Shown piece after piece: positions 25,969 through 35,314 of a DNA stretch of 54,328 nt. The notes under the pieces were generated by a model, which was given only the letters and a program-made list of their open reading frames with translations, had not been told where the DNA came from and made no database searches. Source of the stretch: Candidatus Aminicenantes bacterium (GTDB lineage Bacteria; Acidobacteriota; Aminicenantia; Aminicenantales; Aminicenantaceae); NCBI GenBank assembly GCA_046538375.1, contig JBKHJA010000003.1:1-54328 (forward strand). The letters are read 5' to 3'. The stretch's first letter is position 1. Every line of letters begins with the position of its first letter. Position numbers and translations under genes: made by a program.

Positions 25969-28047
25969 TTATTTCTCTTTCTCCTCCTCCTCTTTCTTCT
26001 GTGAACCTTTTTTATCTAGGGCGGATTTAAGCTTTTCCGCAAATATGCCAAACACAGGTTCTTCTGAAACATAATGTTTATATTCTTTTTTCTTTTTGGA
26101 GGGAGGCGCTGTTTTCTCTTCTTCCTCTGTTTTTTTCTCTTTGGCTTTGACGGCGAAAAGGGCTTCCTGTTCTGATTCTTCAATCTCGATTTTTTCTTCG
26201 ATGAACCTCTTCTCTCCTTTCCTCATCCGAAGAGTCTTCTCCCTTTCTGGCCTTACTTTTTCTCTTTTTTTCTTGGGCTCCTTTTCTTTTTTTGGTGGAG
26301 GCGGCTGTTCTTCTGGAGAGGGCTCTTCTATTTCCACTTTTTGGGCCCTGGCTGGCGCTTCTGCTCTGATTTCTTCTCTTTTTTCTTGGAGGGGAGGGGG
26401 AGAGATTTCTTCAGGTGGAGCTTCAGGGGGAACTTCTTCTGCTTCTTCTTGGGGTGGAATTTCAGGTGGGGCTTCGGCTTCTTTTTCTTCTTCTTCGATT
26501 CTTATTTTTTCTTGATACAAGAATATTCCCTTCTTTTTTTCAGATTTTTTGAATTCAGGGGAGTGGGTGAGAATCTTTTCCACATCTTCTTGGGTGGTTT
26601 GTCTTAACAGGTCCACCAGATGGTAAGCCCTCAAGTAATGAAGAGAAGAGTTGTCTCTTCCTAAGCCAAAATTCTTATAGATGAGGATCAGAAGTTCTCT
26701 CAGGTCCAGCCCGTTTCTCTGGTTATACAAGGAGAAAAGCTTGGTCAATGTTTCTTTTTGGAGATGAATTATCTTGTTGGGAAGAGAAAAGGTAAACACT
26801 TCCTCGCCGGAGTCTGTGAATTTGTCTTCTTTAGGCTTGTAGTTGATCTTGGCTACGGACAGTTTCTTCTTTGATTTCTTAAGCCAGAAATTGAAGTGCA
26901 AGGCATTCTTCTTCTCCAGAGATAAGCTTGCTCCCTGAGGGACGTTATTGCTTTGGTAAAATTCCTTTAGACCGATAAATAGATGGGCGGAGGGATAATA
27001 ATAAACGGTGTGATCCTTTTCTGATTCCACATCAGTGAAAACATATTCTCTGGAGATGGAGAAGTCCTTTTTGTGGCTTTTGGGGACTTTAACTCCGCCA
27101 GAAAGAATTTCTCTCCAGGTCAGATATATTTTTAAAGGATAATCTCGGGAAGAAGTCTTTTTTCCGGTTTCCCTTTCTAGAGAGGGCAGGTTAGCTCTGG
27201 GGGCTGACAGCGGCAGACCTTTGAGGAAAGAATTGAGTATTTGCTTTAAGGTCCATTTTCCCCAGTTTTGGGGAGAGGCATACACGAAAATTTTCTTGTA
27301 TTTCTTCTCCAGGATATGGTTTAAACTGACACAGTAGAGAGGGAATTGTTCTTGGTCTGGCTTCAACCTGAAGAACTTGCTGACCAATTCTTCGGTGGGG
27401 ATTGATTGTTTTTTTTCCTGGAGATAATTTTCAATGTCTTTTATTTTCTTTTCACCGATTTTAATCTTCTTTTCCTTGAGCTGCCAGTAGTCATCCCAAT
27501 GGAAGAACTGAGATGATTTAGAGAGAGCGGATTTCAGGTTCTTCTCCAATTTTTTCATATCCCTCTCTGTCATGGGGAGATGTTCATGCCGGGGATCATC
27601 TTCTTTTTTCAGCACTTGCGGCTCTTCCCCTTTTTTCTCCAGATTGCTGGGAAGGAGAACCTGGGTCTTGGTCTTCTTCATGTAATCGATGTGTTTCCTG
27701 AAAATCCCTCCTCCTGAATAGTCCACTTCCAGCATCTCGCAGTTGAAACTCTGGTAGTCGAATTTGTTCACCACCCTGAGGACCACAGCATCATTGAAAT
27801 GTTCAGCTCCCTTGCTGCTCACAGTCAGTGATTCATCATATTCTTTGTAAATATAATCTCCGATTTCATACCTGCAGTATGGATCGTAAACTTTGACTTG
27901 TTGAGCGAGCTGGGAGGAGGTCTTCTTGTAAACCAGCTTTTTGGTCAATTCCTGGAGAGAAAGGGGGGCGGCGCTTTGGGAAAGTTCTTTCTCTACGAAA
28001 GAGAGGTCTTCTTGTTCGATTTTTATGTTTTCTTGTTCTTTAGCCAT
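25969..28047 (-). CDS. Hypothetical protein, 692 aa, with low-complexity Glu/Pro/Lys tail
   Basis: Long uninterrupted ORF overlapping the OTC stop by 8 nt. Confidence 0.8.
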   Translation of the reverse strand: MAKEQENIKIEQEDLSFVEKELSQSAAPLSLQELTKKLVYKKTSSQLAQQVKVYDPYCRYEIGDYIYKEYDESLTVSSKGAEHFNDAVVLRVVNKFDYQSFNCEMLEVDYSGGGIFRKHIDYMKKTKTQVLLPSNLEKKGEEPQVLKKEDDPRHEHLPMTERDMKKLEKNLKSALSKSSQFFHWDDYWQLKEKKIKIGEKKIKDIENYLQEKKQSIPTEELVSKFFRLKPDQEQFPLYCVSLNHILEKKYKKIFVYASPQNWGKWTLKQILNSFLKGLPLSAPRANLPSLERETGKKTSSRDYPLKIYLTWREILSGGVKVPKSHKKDFSISREYVFTDVESEKDHTVYYYPSAHLFIGLKEFYQSNNVPQGASLSLEKKNALHFNFWLKKSKKKLSVAKINYKPKEDKFTDSGEEVFTFSLPNKIIHLQKETLTKLFSLYNQRNGLDLRELLILIYKNFGLGRDNSSLHYLRAYHLVDLLRQTTQEDVEKILTHSPEFKKSEKKKGIFLYQEKIRIEEEEKEAEAPPEIPPQEEAEEVPPEAPPEEISPPPLQEKREEIRAEAPARAQKVEIEEPSPEEQPPPPKKEKEPKKKREKVRPEREKTLRMRKGEKRFIEEKIEIEESEQEALFAVKAKEKKTEEEEKTAPPSKKKKEYKHYVSEEPVFGIFAEKLKSALDKKGSQKKEEEEKEK

Positions 28048-28972
28048 TTTTTTTCTTCTTACCTAACAATAATAACATAATAATTTTCTGTACGTGAAGT
28101 CTATTTTCGGCTTGGTCATAAACAATGGATTGGGCAGAATCGATGACTTCGCCTGTGACTTCTTCTCCTCTATGAGCCGGGAGGCAGTGCATAAAAACGG
28201 CATCCGCTTTGGCTTTGGCCATCACTTCCCTGTTGACTTGAAAGGGAGCGAATACAGCGGCCCTTTCTTCTCGTTCTTCTTCTTGACCCATGGAGGCCCA
28301 TACATCAGTGTAAACAGCATCCGCCTCCTGAGCAGCTTGGTGAGGATCTTTGAACAGATGAACACGCCATCCTGTTTCTTTTCCGTCTTGTTCTGCTTGT
28401 TTAACAATCTCTGGACTGGGCTCATAGCCATCAGGAGTGGCCACGCTCATGGCGCTTCCCGCTTTTGCGGCAGCAAACATGAGGCTGTGACACAGATTAT
28501 TGCCGTCTCCGATATAAGCCAATTTGAGATTGGCCAGGCCTCCTTTTTTTTCCCTTAGAGTGAAAAAATCTCCCATGGCCTGACAGGGATGGAGAAGGTC
28601 GGTTAAGGCGTTAATCACAGGGATGCTGGCAGCACCAGCCAGGTCCATCACAATCTGATGGCCGAAGGTTCTGATCATGATGGCATCCACCCAGCGTTCC
28701 AGGTTTTTGCCCACATCACAGACATTTTCTCTTTTTCCCAGTTGGATATCAGAAGGGCTCAAGTAGATGGCTTCTCCTCCCAGCTCCAGCATGCCCACTT
28801 CAAAGGTCATCCTGGTGCGGAGAGATGGCTTTTCAAATATCATGGCTAATATTCTGTTTTTTAGACTGCTCCGGTGGCTGCGGGGATGAGCTTTGATTTC
28901 CTCAGTCAGGTCTAATATTTGGTTGAATTCATAAAGAGAAAGATCATGAATGGAGATAAAGTCTTCCATCAT
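28040..28972 (-). CDS. argF: Ornithine carbamoyltransferase
   Basis: FEKPSLRTR, HPCQ, GDGNN, TDVWASMG, HCLP, QAENR; context suggests a catabolic (ArcB) role. Confidence 0.95.
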   Translation of the reverse strand: MMEDFISIHDLSLYEFNQILDLTEEIKAHPRSHRSSLKNRILAMIFEKPSLRTRMTFEVGMLELGGEAIYLSPSDIQLGKRENVCDVGKNLERWVDAIMIRTFGHQIVMDLAGAASIPVINALTDLLHPCQAMGDFFTLREKKGGLANLKLAYIGDGNNLCHSLMFAAAKAGSAMSVATPDGYEPSPEIVKQAEQDGKETGWRVHLFKDPHQAAQEADAVYTDVWASMGQEEEREERAAVFAPFQVNREVMAKAKADAVFMHCLPAHRGEEVTGEVIDSAQSIVYDQAENRLHVQKIIMLLLLGKKKKNG

Positions 28973-28981
28973 CTTTTCCTC

Positions 28982-29932
28982 CTAAAGTGTGGCTTTGATC
29001 TTTGTTCCCGAACGGTTGACCAGCGAAGCCCTCAGATAATTGGCGGAGGTGATCAGCACCTCTTTTCCGCCGCTTTGGATGTAAGAAATGGCTGCTTTGA
29101 TTTTAGGTCCCATGGAGCCAGGGGGGAACTGGCCCTCAGATAGATAGGTTTGAGCTTGATCTATGCTCATGGCATCAATGGGTTTTTCTTCAGGAGTCCC
29201 GAAGTTCAAGCAAACCCGTTCCACATTGGTCAAAATGATGAAAAGGTCCACTTTGGCTTCCCTGGCAATGAGGCTGGCAGCATAGTCTTTGTCGATAACC
29301 GCTTCCACTCCTCGAAAGAGGCCGTTGCCGTTGATGATAACCGGAATACCGCCCCCACCAGCGGCAATAACGATTTTTCCTGAACGGACCAGATTGCTGA
29401 TGATCCTTTTGGGAACGATATCTATAGGCTGAGGTGAGGGAACCACTTTGCGGTAGCCGCGGCCGGCATCCTCTATCATTTTCCATTTTTTTTGACGGGT
29501 CAGCATTTGGGCTCTGTATTTGGAATAGAAGGGGCCGATGGGTTTGGTGGGATTTTCAAAAGCTGGATCATTCCTGTCCACCACCACCTGTGTAACCAGG
29601 GTGGCCACTTCCTTGTCCAAGGAGCTTTTGCGCAGTTCGTTGATCAGGGCTCTCTCCAGCATGAAACCCATGCTTCCCTCGGTCATGGCATCACAGACTT
29701 CTAAGGAAAAAGGAGGAATCTTGTTGATAGCCTCTTCCATCTGGATGAGGAGATTCCCCACTTGGGGGCCATTTCCGTGGACCAGGATGAGATCATAGCC
29801 CTTTTTGACCACATGGATCATCAGGCGGGCTGCTTTTTGGGCATTTTTCATCTGCTCAGACTGCAGTCCTCTTTGGTTTTCAGGGAGGATGGCATTCCCC
29901 CCAAAAGCGATTAAGGCGATTTTTCTTTTCAT
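28982..29932 (-). CDS. arcC: Carbamate kinase
   Basis: FGGNA, HGNGPQVG, PTKPIGP, GGGGIPV, VIDKD, GSMGPK. Confidence 0.96.
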   Translation of the reverse strand: MKRKIALIAFGGNAILPENQRGLQSEQMKNAQKAARLMIHVVKKGYDLILVHGNGPQVGNLLIQMEEAINKIPPFSLEVCDAMTEGSMGFMLERALINELRKSSLDKEVATLVTQVVVDRNDPAFENPTKPIGPFYSKYRAQMLTRQKKWKMIEDAGRGYRKVVPSPQPIDIVPKRIISNLVRSGKIVIAAGGGGIPVIINGNGLFRGVEAVIDKDYAASLIAREAKVDLFIILTNVERVCLNFGTPEEKPIDAMSIDQAQTYLSEGQFPPGSMGPKIKAAISYIQSGGKEVLITSANYLRASLVNRSGTKIKATL

Positions 29933-31236
29933 CAGATATCCTTAAGCACCTCATTGAGATTGGGGGAGCCTATTTCTTCCAATTCATAGGTCACCCGCAG
30001 GATTCGTTTTTTGGTCTTGATCAATCGGGCGAGGTCAATAGGAGTGGCTCCGACCACCAGATCACAATCCACTTTGGCGATGGTTTGAGCAAGTTCTTCC
30101 ATTTGGTCTTTTCCGTAGCCCATGGCAGGAAGCACTCTGTCCAGATGGGAATATTTTTGGAAAGTCTCTTGAATACTGCCTACCGCGAACGGACGGGGGT
30201 CCACGATTTGGGAAGCACCATATTTGGTGGCGGCAATAACGCCGGCCCCATAAGGCATTTCGCCGTGAGTCAGGGTGGGACCGTCTTCGATAACCAAAAC
30301 CTTTTTCCCTCTGATGTCCGCTCCATGCTCAACGAAGATGGCAGAATTGGCCCGGATAATGACGGCCCGGGGATTGAATTTTTCGATGTTCTTGATCACC
30401 TGCTCCACATTTTCTTTTTTGGCACTGTCTATTTTGTTGATGACAATAACCTGAGCTCTTCTGAAATTCATCTCTCCGGGATGATACAGGAGTTCATGGC
30501 CGGGCCGGTGGGGATCAGCGACCACCACTTCCATGTGGGCCTTGTAGAAAGGAAAATCATTGTTTCCCCCATCCCAGAGGATGACATCAGCTTCTTGTTG
30601 AGCCTGGTCGAGAATGGCTTGGTAGTCCACACCGGCGTAAACGATGATACCGTTTTTGAGGTGTGGTTCATATTCTTCCATTTCTTCGATGGTGCATTCC
30701 TGGCTGATCATGTCATCGTAGCTGGCGAACCGCTGCACCTTCTGTTTGACCAGGTCTCCGTAAGGCATAGGATGGCGAATCACCACCACCTTTCTTCCCT
30801 TTTCCTTGAGCTGCAGGGCGATTTTTCTGCTGGTCTGGCTTTTTCCGCTTCCTGTTCTTACAGCACAGACAGATATCAACGGGAGTTTGCTTTCAATCAT
30901 GGTTTCCTGAGGTCCCAGAAGGACAAAACTGGCTCCAGAAGCTAACACCTCCGAAGCCTTGTGCATGACATACTGATGAGAGACATCGCTGTAGGAGAAG
31001 TAAACCTGATCAATCTCCTTATCCTTGATTAAGGAGGGGAGCTCTTCTTCAGGATGGATGGGAATTCCTTGAGGATAGAGTTTCCCGGCGAGTTCAGCAG
31101 GGTATTTCCTCTCTTCGATATCAGGAATTTGGGTTGCAGTGAAGGCAGTGACCCGAAACTGCTGGTTGTCTCGGAAAAAAACATTGAAATTATGAAAATC
31201 TCTTCCTGCTGCACCCATGATAATGACTTTTTTCAT
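29932..31236 (-). CDS. arcE: COG2403 P-loop protein, probable arginine synthetase (ArcE-type; often annotated as GTPase or cyclic 2,3-DPG synthase)
   Basis: GAAGRDFHNFN, AVRTGSGKSQT, RHPMPYGDL, IEEMEEYEPH, WDGGNND, EDGPTLTHG; adjacent to arcC and OTC. Confidence 0.8.
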   Translation of the reverse strand: MKKVIIMGAAGRDFHNFNVFFRDNQQFRVTAFTATQIPDIEERKYPAELAGKLYPQGIPIHPEEELPSLIKDKEIDQVYFSYSDVSHQYVMHKASEVLASGASFVLLGPQETMIESKLPLISVCAVRTGSGKSQTSRKIALQLKEKGRKVVVIRHPMPYGDLVKQKVQRFASYDDMISQECTIEEMEEYEPHLKNGIIVYAGVDYQAILDQAQQEADVILWDGGNNDFPFYKAHMEVVVADPHRPGHELLYHPGEMNFRRAQVIVINKIDSAKKENVEQVIKNIEKFNPRAVIIRANSAIFVEHGADIRGKKVLVIEDGPTLTHGEMPYGAGVIAATKYGASQIVDPRPFAVGSIQETFQKYSHLDRVLPAMGYGKDQMEELAQTIAKVDCDLVVGATPIDLARLIKTKKRILRVTYELEEIGSPNLNEVLKDI

Positions 31237-31317
31237 GGTTTTGACTCCTTTAACAAAGTTCCATTTTGTTTGTTTTGTTTAAAATAATAAACAATTGGTG
31301 TTAGAAAAAGAAAATTA

Positions 31318-31346
31318 AGTATACCAGATTGGGGATTACCTCTCAA
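31318..31346 (-). promoter_or_regulatory. Putative sigma70 promoter of the arginine operon
   Basis: Minus strand TTGAGA-17nt-TATACT with TGn extended -10. Confidence 0.7.
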
Positions 31347-31374
31347 TATTTGGATTGTCCAGGAAGAATCCTTA

Positions 31375-31404
31375 TTTCCGTGATAGGGGTGAGGGATGGG
31401 GGGT
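31375..31404 (-). repeat. Dispersed intergenic repeat copy
   Basis: Reverse complement ACCCCCCATCCCTCACCCCTATCACGGAAA matches 11879-11909 and 47821-47850. Confidence 0.85.
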
Positions 31405-31420
31405 TCTGGAGGGCTTTTTT

Positions 31421-31912
31421 CTATAAATTCACAATTTCAGAATTCGGTGTCTTGCAGTCTAAAAGGGCCACAGTGCTTTTTCCCGAAAGCCAGCCTCCGG
31501 CCTCACCAGGATTCACCAGCAATGTCTTTTCCATCCTCCTTATCTCCGGTTTGTGGGTGTGGCCAAAAACGATGACATCGTATTTACCGGAAGAGATATA
31601 CGAGGAGAGAGAAGTATGGAGATGAGTGACCAAGAAACTAAGACCGCATTGATGGAACATAAAAGGGGCTTCTCTTATGGTTCCCCAGGAGCGGAAGGCT
31701 TTTTTTAATCCTTTTTTTTCGCCATCGCAGTTCCCAAACACAGCTTTCACCGGACAGGCCAGTGCTTCCAGTTCTCGGGCCGAAAAAGGGGCCACCAGGT
31801 CTCCAGCATGGATCACCAGCTCGCACTTGGTGTGGTTAAAGAAACGGACGGCTTTTTTGATTGCGGGCACATTGTCGTGGGAATCTGCCATGATGCCAAT
31901 CATCGGAGTCAA
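31421..31912 (-). CDS. YfcE/MJ0936 family metallophosphoesterase
   Basis: DSHDN, HAGD, GNCD, GHTH, NPGE; alternative ATG start 31903. Confidence 0.92.
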   Translation of the reverse strand: MTPMIGIMADSHDNVPAIKKAVRFFNHTKCELVIHAGDLVAPFSARELEALACPVKAVFGNCDGEKKGLKKAFRSWGTIREAPFMFHQCGLSFLVTHLHTSLSSYISSGKYDVIVFGHTHKPEIRRMEKTLLVNPGEAGGWLSGKSTVALLDCKTPNSEIVNL

Positions 31913-31965
31913 GCCTTCTTGAATTTTATAATGGTTTTTTGTTCATAATTCAAGGTTTTGGGTTG

Positions 31966-31994
31966 TTGACAGTCATAGCGTAAATTATTAATAT
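31966..31994 (+). promoter_or_regulatory. Putative promoter of the tRNA-Val/thrS operon
   Basis: TTGACA-17nt-TAATAT. Confidence 0.65.
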
Positions 31995-32011
31995 ATGTGC
32001 TGAATAGAGGA

Positions 32012-32083
32012 AGGCGCGTAGCTCAGTGGTAGAGTGCTTCCTTGACGCGGAAGAGGTCGAGGGTTCGATACCCTCCGCGCCTA
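32012..32083 (+). tRNA. tRNA-Val (GAC), CCA not encoded
   Basis: Acceptor stem AGGCGCG/CGCGCCT, D-arm TAGCTCAGTGGTAGAG, anticodon arm CTTCC-TTGACGC-GGAAG, T-arm GAGGG-TTCGATA-CCCTC. Confidence 0.97.
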
Positions 32084-32163
32084 TTATTTTAATGATCGAG
32101 TATTCAAGAGGAAGCATAGAGCAAAAATTGATTTGCCTACCCTGTTGAATACATAAAAAATAA

Positions 32164-34086
32164 ATGGCAGAATCGGTTAAAATAAAGACAGAGGGGTCTA
32201 TTTATTCCTTAAAGAAAGGATCGTCCCTTTCTGACTTTGTTCGGAGATTGAATCTTACCCAGGATCCTTTGTTTGCCAAGATTGATGGAAGGATTGTTGA
32301 TCTGGAGACTCCGGTGGTCAAAGATATAGAGATCCAATGGGTCTATCCTTATTCTGAAGATGCTGTGGATATACTGCGGCACAGTGCTTCCCATCTGCTG
32401 GCGCATGCTGTTTTAGAACTCTTTCCGGGAACAAAAACCGGGGTAGGGCCAGCGGTGGAGAATGGCTTTTATTATGATTTCTTGAGAGGCGAACCATTTA
32501 CGGTGGAAGATTTGGCTTCTATTGAGAAAAAAATGAGTGAACTTACCAAAAAGGACATCCCCATCCAGAGGATTGTTCTTTCCAAACAGGAAGCCATCCG
32601 GCTGTTCAAGGAATTGGGACAGGAGCTGAAAGTGGAGCTTATTGAGGAAAAAGCAGCACATGAGGTCACCTGTTACCAGCAGGGAAGTTTTATCGATTTT
32701 TGTTTAGGGCCTCATGTTCCTTCCACCAGGTACATCAAGCATTTCAAACTTCTTTCTGTGTCCGGGGCATACTGGAAAGGCGATGAACAGGGAAAACAGC
32801 TTCAGAGAATCTATGGAACAGCCTTTTTTGAGGCTGAGGATTTGAAGAATCATCTCTTTCTTCTTGAGGAAGCCAAGAGAAGAGACCACAGAAAGCTGGG
32901 TGCCGAACTAGACCTGTTCAGCTTTAACCAGGATTTGGGAGCAGGATTGATCCTCTGGCATCCTAACGGAGCTGCGGTCAGGCGTATTATCGAGGATTAC
33001 TGGTATGAAGAGCATATAAAAGACGGGTATGATTTCCTTTACTCTCCCCATGTGGCCAAGCTGGATGTATGGCGCCGGAGCGGCCATACCGAATTTTACA
33101 GCGCCATGTACCCCCCGTTCAACATCGAAGAAACAGAATATGAACTGAAGCCCATGAACTGTCCTTTCCATATCATGGTTTACAATTCTGGACAAAGAAG
33201 CTATCGTGATCTTCCCCTGCGCTGGGCTGAACTGGGCACAGTCTACCGCTACGAACGCAGCGGTGTTCTTCATGGACTTATGCGGGTGAGAGGATTCACT
33301 CAAGATGATGCGCATATTTTCTGCACGCCCGGTCAGTTGGGAGAGGAAATCAGGAAAGTCATTTCTTTGGCCGTAAGGATCTTAAGGACCTTTGGTTTCA
33401 CTGAATACCATGTTTTCCTCTCCACTCGGCCAGAAAAATATGTGGGGAAGGTTTCAGATTGGGAGAAAGCCACCCAAGCTCTCAGGCAAGCCCTGTTGGA
33501 TATCAACCTTGATTTTGAGGTGGATAAAGGAGAGGGAGTTTTTTACGGGCCCAAGATAGACATAAAAATAAAGGATGCTCTGGGAAGATCATGGCAGTGC
33601 ACCACCATTCAGCTCGATTTTAACCTGGCGGAGAGGTTTGATGTCCATTATGTGGGTCAGGACGGCTCATTCCACAAACCATTTCTCATCCACAGGGCTC
33701 TTTTGGGCTCTTTAGAAAGATTCTTCGGGATATTGATCGAACATTACAACGGAAATTTTCCGGTATGGCTTGCCCCTGTGCAGGTGGTCATCATTCCCAT
33801 AGCCTCCAGACATAATGACTATGCTGATTCTTTACATAAGAAATTTAAGGAAAACGGCCTCAGATCTAAGGTGGATCTCCGTCGAGAGAAAATGGGCTAT
33901 AAAGTGAGAGAGGCGGAAAACCGTAAAATTCCTCTTATTCTGGTGGTGGGTGATAAAGAAATGTCCCGAGGGACCGCCTCTCTGAGGATTCATACCAAGG
34001 GCCACAGAGGAGAGATTCATACAGATAAATTCCTTGAAAAAACTAAGGAAATAGTGAAAACTAAATCTCTATCATTTCATTTTTAA
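32164..34086 (+). CDS. thrS: Threonine--tRNA ligase
   Basis: LRHSASH, RDHRKLG, KPMNCP, RVRGFTQDDAH, FYGPKID. Confidence 0.98.
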   Translation: MAESVKIKTEGSIYSLKKGSSLSDFVRRLNLTQDPLFAKIDGRIVDLETPVVKDIEIQWVYPYSEDAVDILRHSASHLLAHAVLELFPGTKTGVGPAVENGFYYDFLRGEPFTVEDLASIEKKMSELTKKDIPIQRIVLSKQEAIRLFKELGQELKVELIEEKAAHEVTCYQQGSFIDFCLGPHVPSTRYIKHFKLLSVSGAYWKGDEQGKQLQRIYGTAFFEAEDLKNHLFLLEEAKRRDHRKLGAELDLFSFNQDLGAGLILWHPNGAAVRRIIEDYWYEEHIKDGYDFLYSPHVAKLDVWRRSGHTEFYSAMYPPFNIEETEYELKPMNCPFHIMVYNSGQRSYRDLPLRWAELGTVYRYERSGVLHGLMRVRGFTQDDAHIFCTPGQLGEEIRKVISLAVRILRTFGFTEYHVFLSTRPEKYVGKVSDWEKATQALRQALLDINLDFEVDKGEGVFYGPKIDIKIKDALGRSWQCTTIQLDFNLAERFDVHYVGQDGSFHKPFLIHRALLGSLERFFGILIEHYNGNFPVWLAPVQVVIIPIASRHNDYADSLHKKFKENGLRSKVDLRREKMGYKVREAENRKIPLILVVGDKEMSRGTASLRIHTKGHRGEIHTDKFLEKTKEIVKTKSLSFHF

Positions 34087-34098
34087 AGGAGGTTAACC

Positions 34099-34734
34099 AT
34101 CGGAAGAAGACGAAGATATTATCCCGGGAAAGCAAAAAAGACCAAGCCCCATAGGATAAATGAAAAAATAAGAGCAAGGGAAGTGAGGATTGTAGACGAA
34201 AACAAGAAACAGCTGGGGATTTTGCCTTTAGCAGAAGCGCTATCCTTGGCCAGAGAAAAAGACCTGGACCTGGTGGAGGTCGCACCTAAAGCCAATCCCC
34301 CGGTTTGTCGAGTCCTGGATTATGGCAAATATCTGTATGGCTTGCATAAGAGAGCTCAAGAAGCAAAGAAGCATCAGAAGCAGATTCAGGTTAAAGAGAT
34401 CAAATTCAGGCCAAAGATAAGCATTCACGATTACAACTTTAAAATTCGCCATGTCCAAAGGTTTCTCCACGATGGCAACAAAGTGAAAATCACAGTGATG
34501 CTCCGAGGAAGGGAAAAGGCAAAACCAGAACTGGCGCATCAGATTTTAGACAGAGTGTTTGAGGATGTGAAAGAACTGGGTCATCAAGATGGAAATATTC
34601 ATTCTCGACCGTGGGCCGTTTCTGCTCTGGTGAGTCCCGCAAAATCAGGAGGGAAAGATGCCAAAACTAAAGACACACAGGGGAGCCAAAAAGAGGTTCA
34701 AGGTCACAAAAAAGAAGAAAATCATTCACCATAA
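34099..34734 (+). CDS. infC: Translation initiation factor IF-3 (non-canonical ATC start)
   Basis: In-frame upstream extension encodes [11 protein letters not shown]; AAGGAGGT SD 5 nt before ATC 34099; DLVEVAP..PPVC, KEIKFRP. Confidence 0.92.
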   Translation: MGRRRRYYPGKAKKTKPHRINEKIRAREVRIVDENKKQLGILPLAEALSLAREKDLDLVEVAPKANPPVCRVLDYGKYLYGLHKRAQEAKKHQKQIQVKEIKFRPKISIHDYNFKIRHVQRFLHDGNKVKITVMLRGREKAKPELAHQILDRVFEDVKELGHQDGNIHSRPWAVSALVSPAKSGGKDAKTKDTQGSQKEVQGHKKEENHSP

Positions 34735-34858
34735 AGCTTACAAAAGCCATATACTTACCAAAAAAACAGCAAAAAGAAAGAGGGGGTTGAGAAAAAAGAA
34801 AGCGGTAAAGCCTCCTGATAAGAACAAGATAAGGAAGATGCTTCCCTACGATCACTAG
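34658..34858 (+). CDS. rpmI: 50S ribosomal protein L35
   Basis: [24 protein letters not shown]. Confidence 0.96.
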   Translation: MPKLKTHRGAKKRFKVTKKKKIIHHKAYKSHILTKKTAKRKRGLRKKKAVKPPDKNKIRKMLPYDH

Positions 34859-34904
34859 AAGAAGGATTTGAACGAAACAGCGCTTTAACCTTAAGGAGAA
34901 GAAA

Positions 34905-35261
34905 ATGTCAAGAGTCAAGAGAGGAACAAGGAAAAGGAAGAGAAGGACAAAGATATTAAAACAGGCCAAAGGCTACTGGGGAGCCAGGAGCCGCAATTAC
35001 CGCACAGCCAAAGAAGCGGTGGAACGATCTCTCCTTTATGCTTACAGAGACCGCAGGGCGCGCAAGCGGGAGTTTAGAAAGCTGTGGATCATAAGGGTCA
35101 AGGCAGCGGCTGAAAACAACGGTCTCTCATATAACCGTTTTATCCACGGATTAAAGGAGCTGAACATCCAAATCGACAGAAAGATCTTGGCTGATTTGGC
35201 TGTCAATTCGCCCCAGACCTTTACGCGGATCGCAGAGAGGATAAAGCAAGCTGTCTGTTGA
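34905..35261 (+). CDS. rplT: 50S ribosomal protein L20
   Basis: [29 protein letters not shown]. Confidence 0.97.
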   Translation: MSRVKRGTRKRKRRTKILKQAKGYWGARSRNYRTAKEAVERSLLYAYRDRRARKREFRKLWIIRVKAAAENNGLSYNRFIHGLKELNIQIDRKILADLAVNSPQTFTRIAERIKQAVC

Positions 35262-35314
35262 GAGAAGGTCTGGAGTGAAGAGTTATCATCTACAGGAAGA
35301 AGGAAAATAACATC

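Noticed and set aside
26096-26607. Plus-strand Ser/Phe/Gly-rich ORFs and apparent short tandem repeats
   Set aside because: Antisense shadow of the Glu/Lys/Pro low-complexity tail of the 692-aa protein
30085-30945. Long antisense ORFs (e.g. 30085-30945, 12280-12993, 35471-36193, 39976-40653)
   Set aside because: They fully overlap well-conserved genes on the opposite strand and have no recognisable motifs
29932-31236. Cyclic 2,3-diphosphoglycerate synthetase
   Set aside because: Same broad family, but the arcC/OTC context and absence of an adjacent 2-phosphoglycerate kinase favour arginine synthetase
32012-32163. Integrative element at tRNA-Val, or a T-box before thrS
   Set aside because: No integrase or duplicated tRNA 3' end seen; the 80-nt gap is too short and lacks a T-box motif
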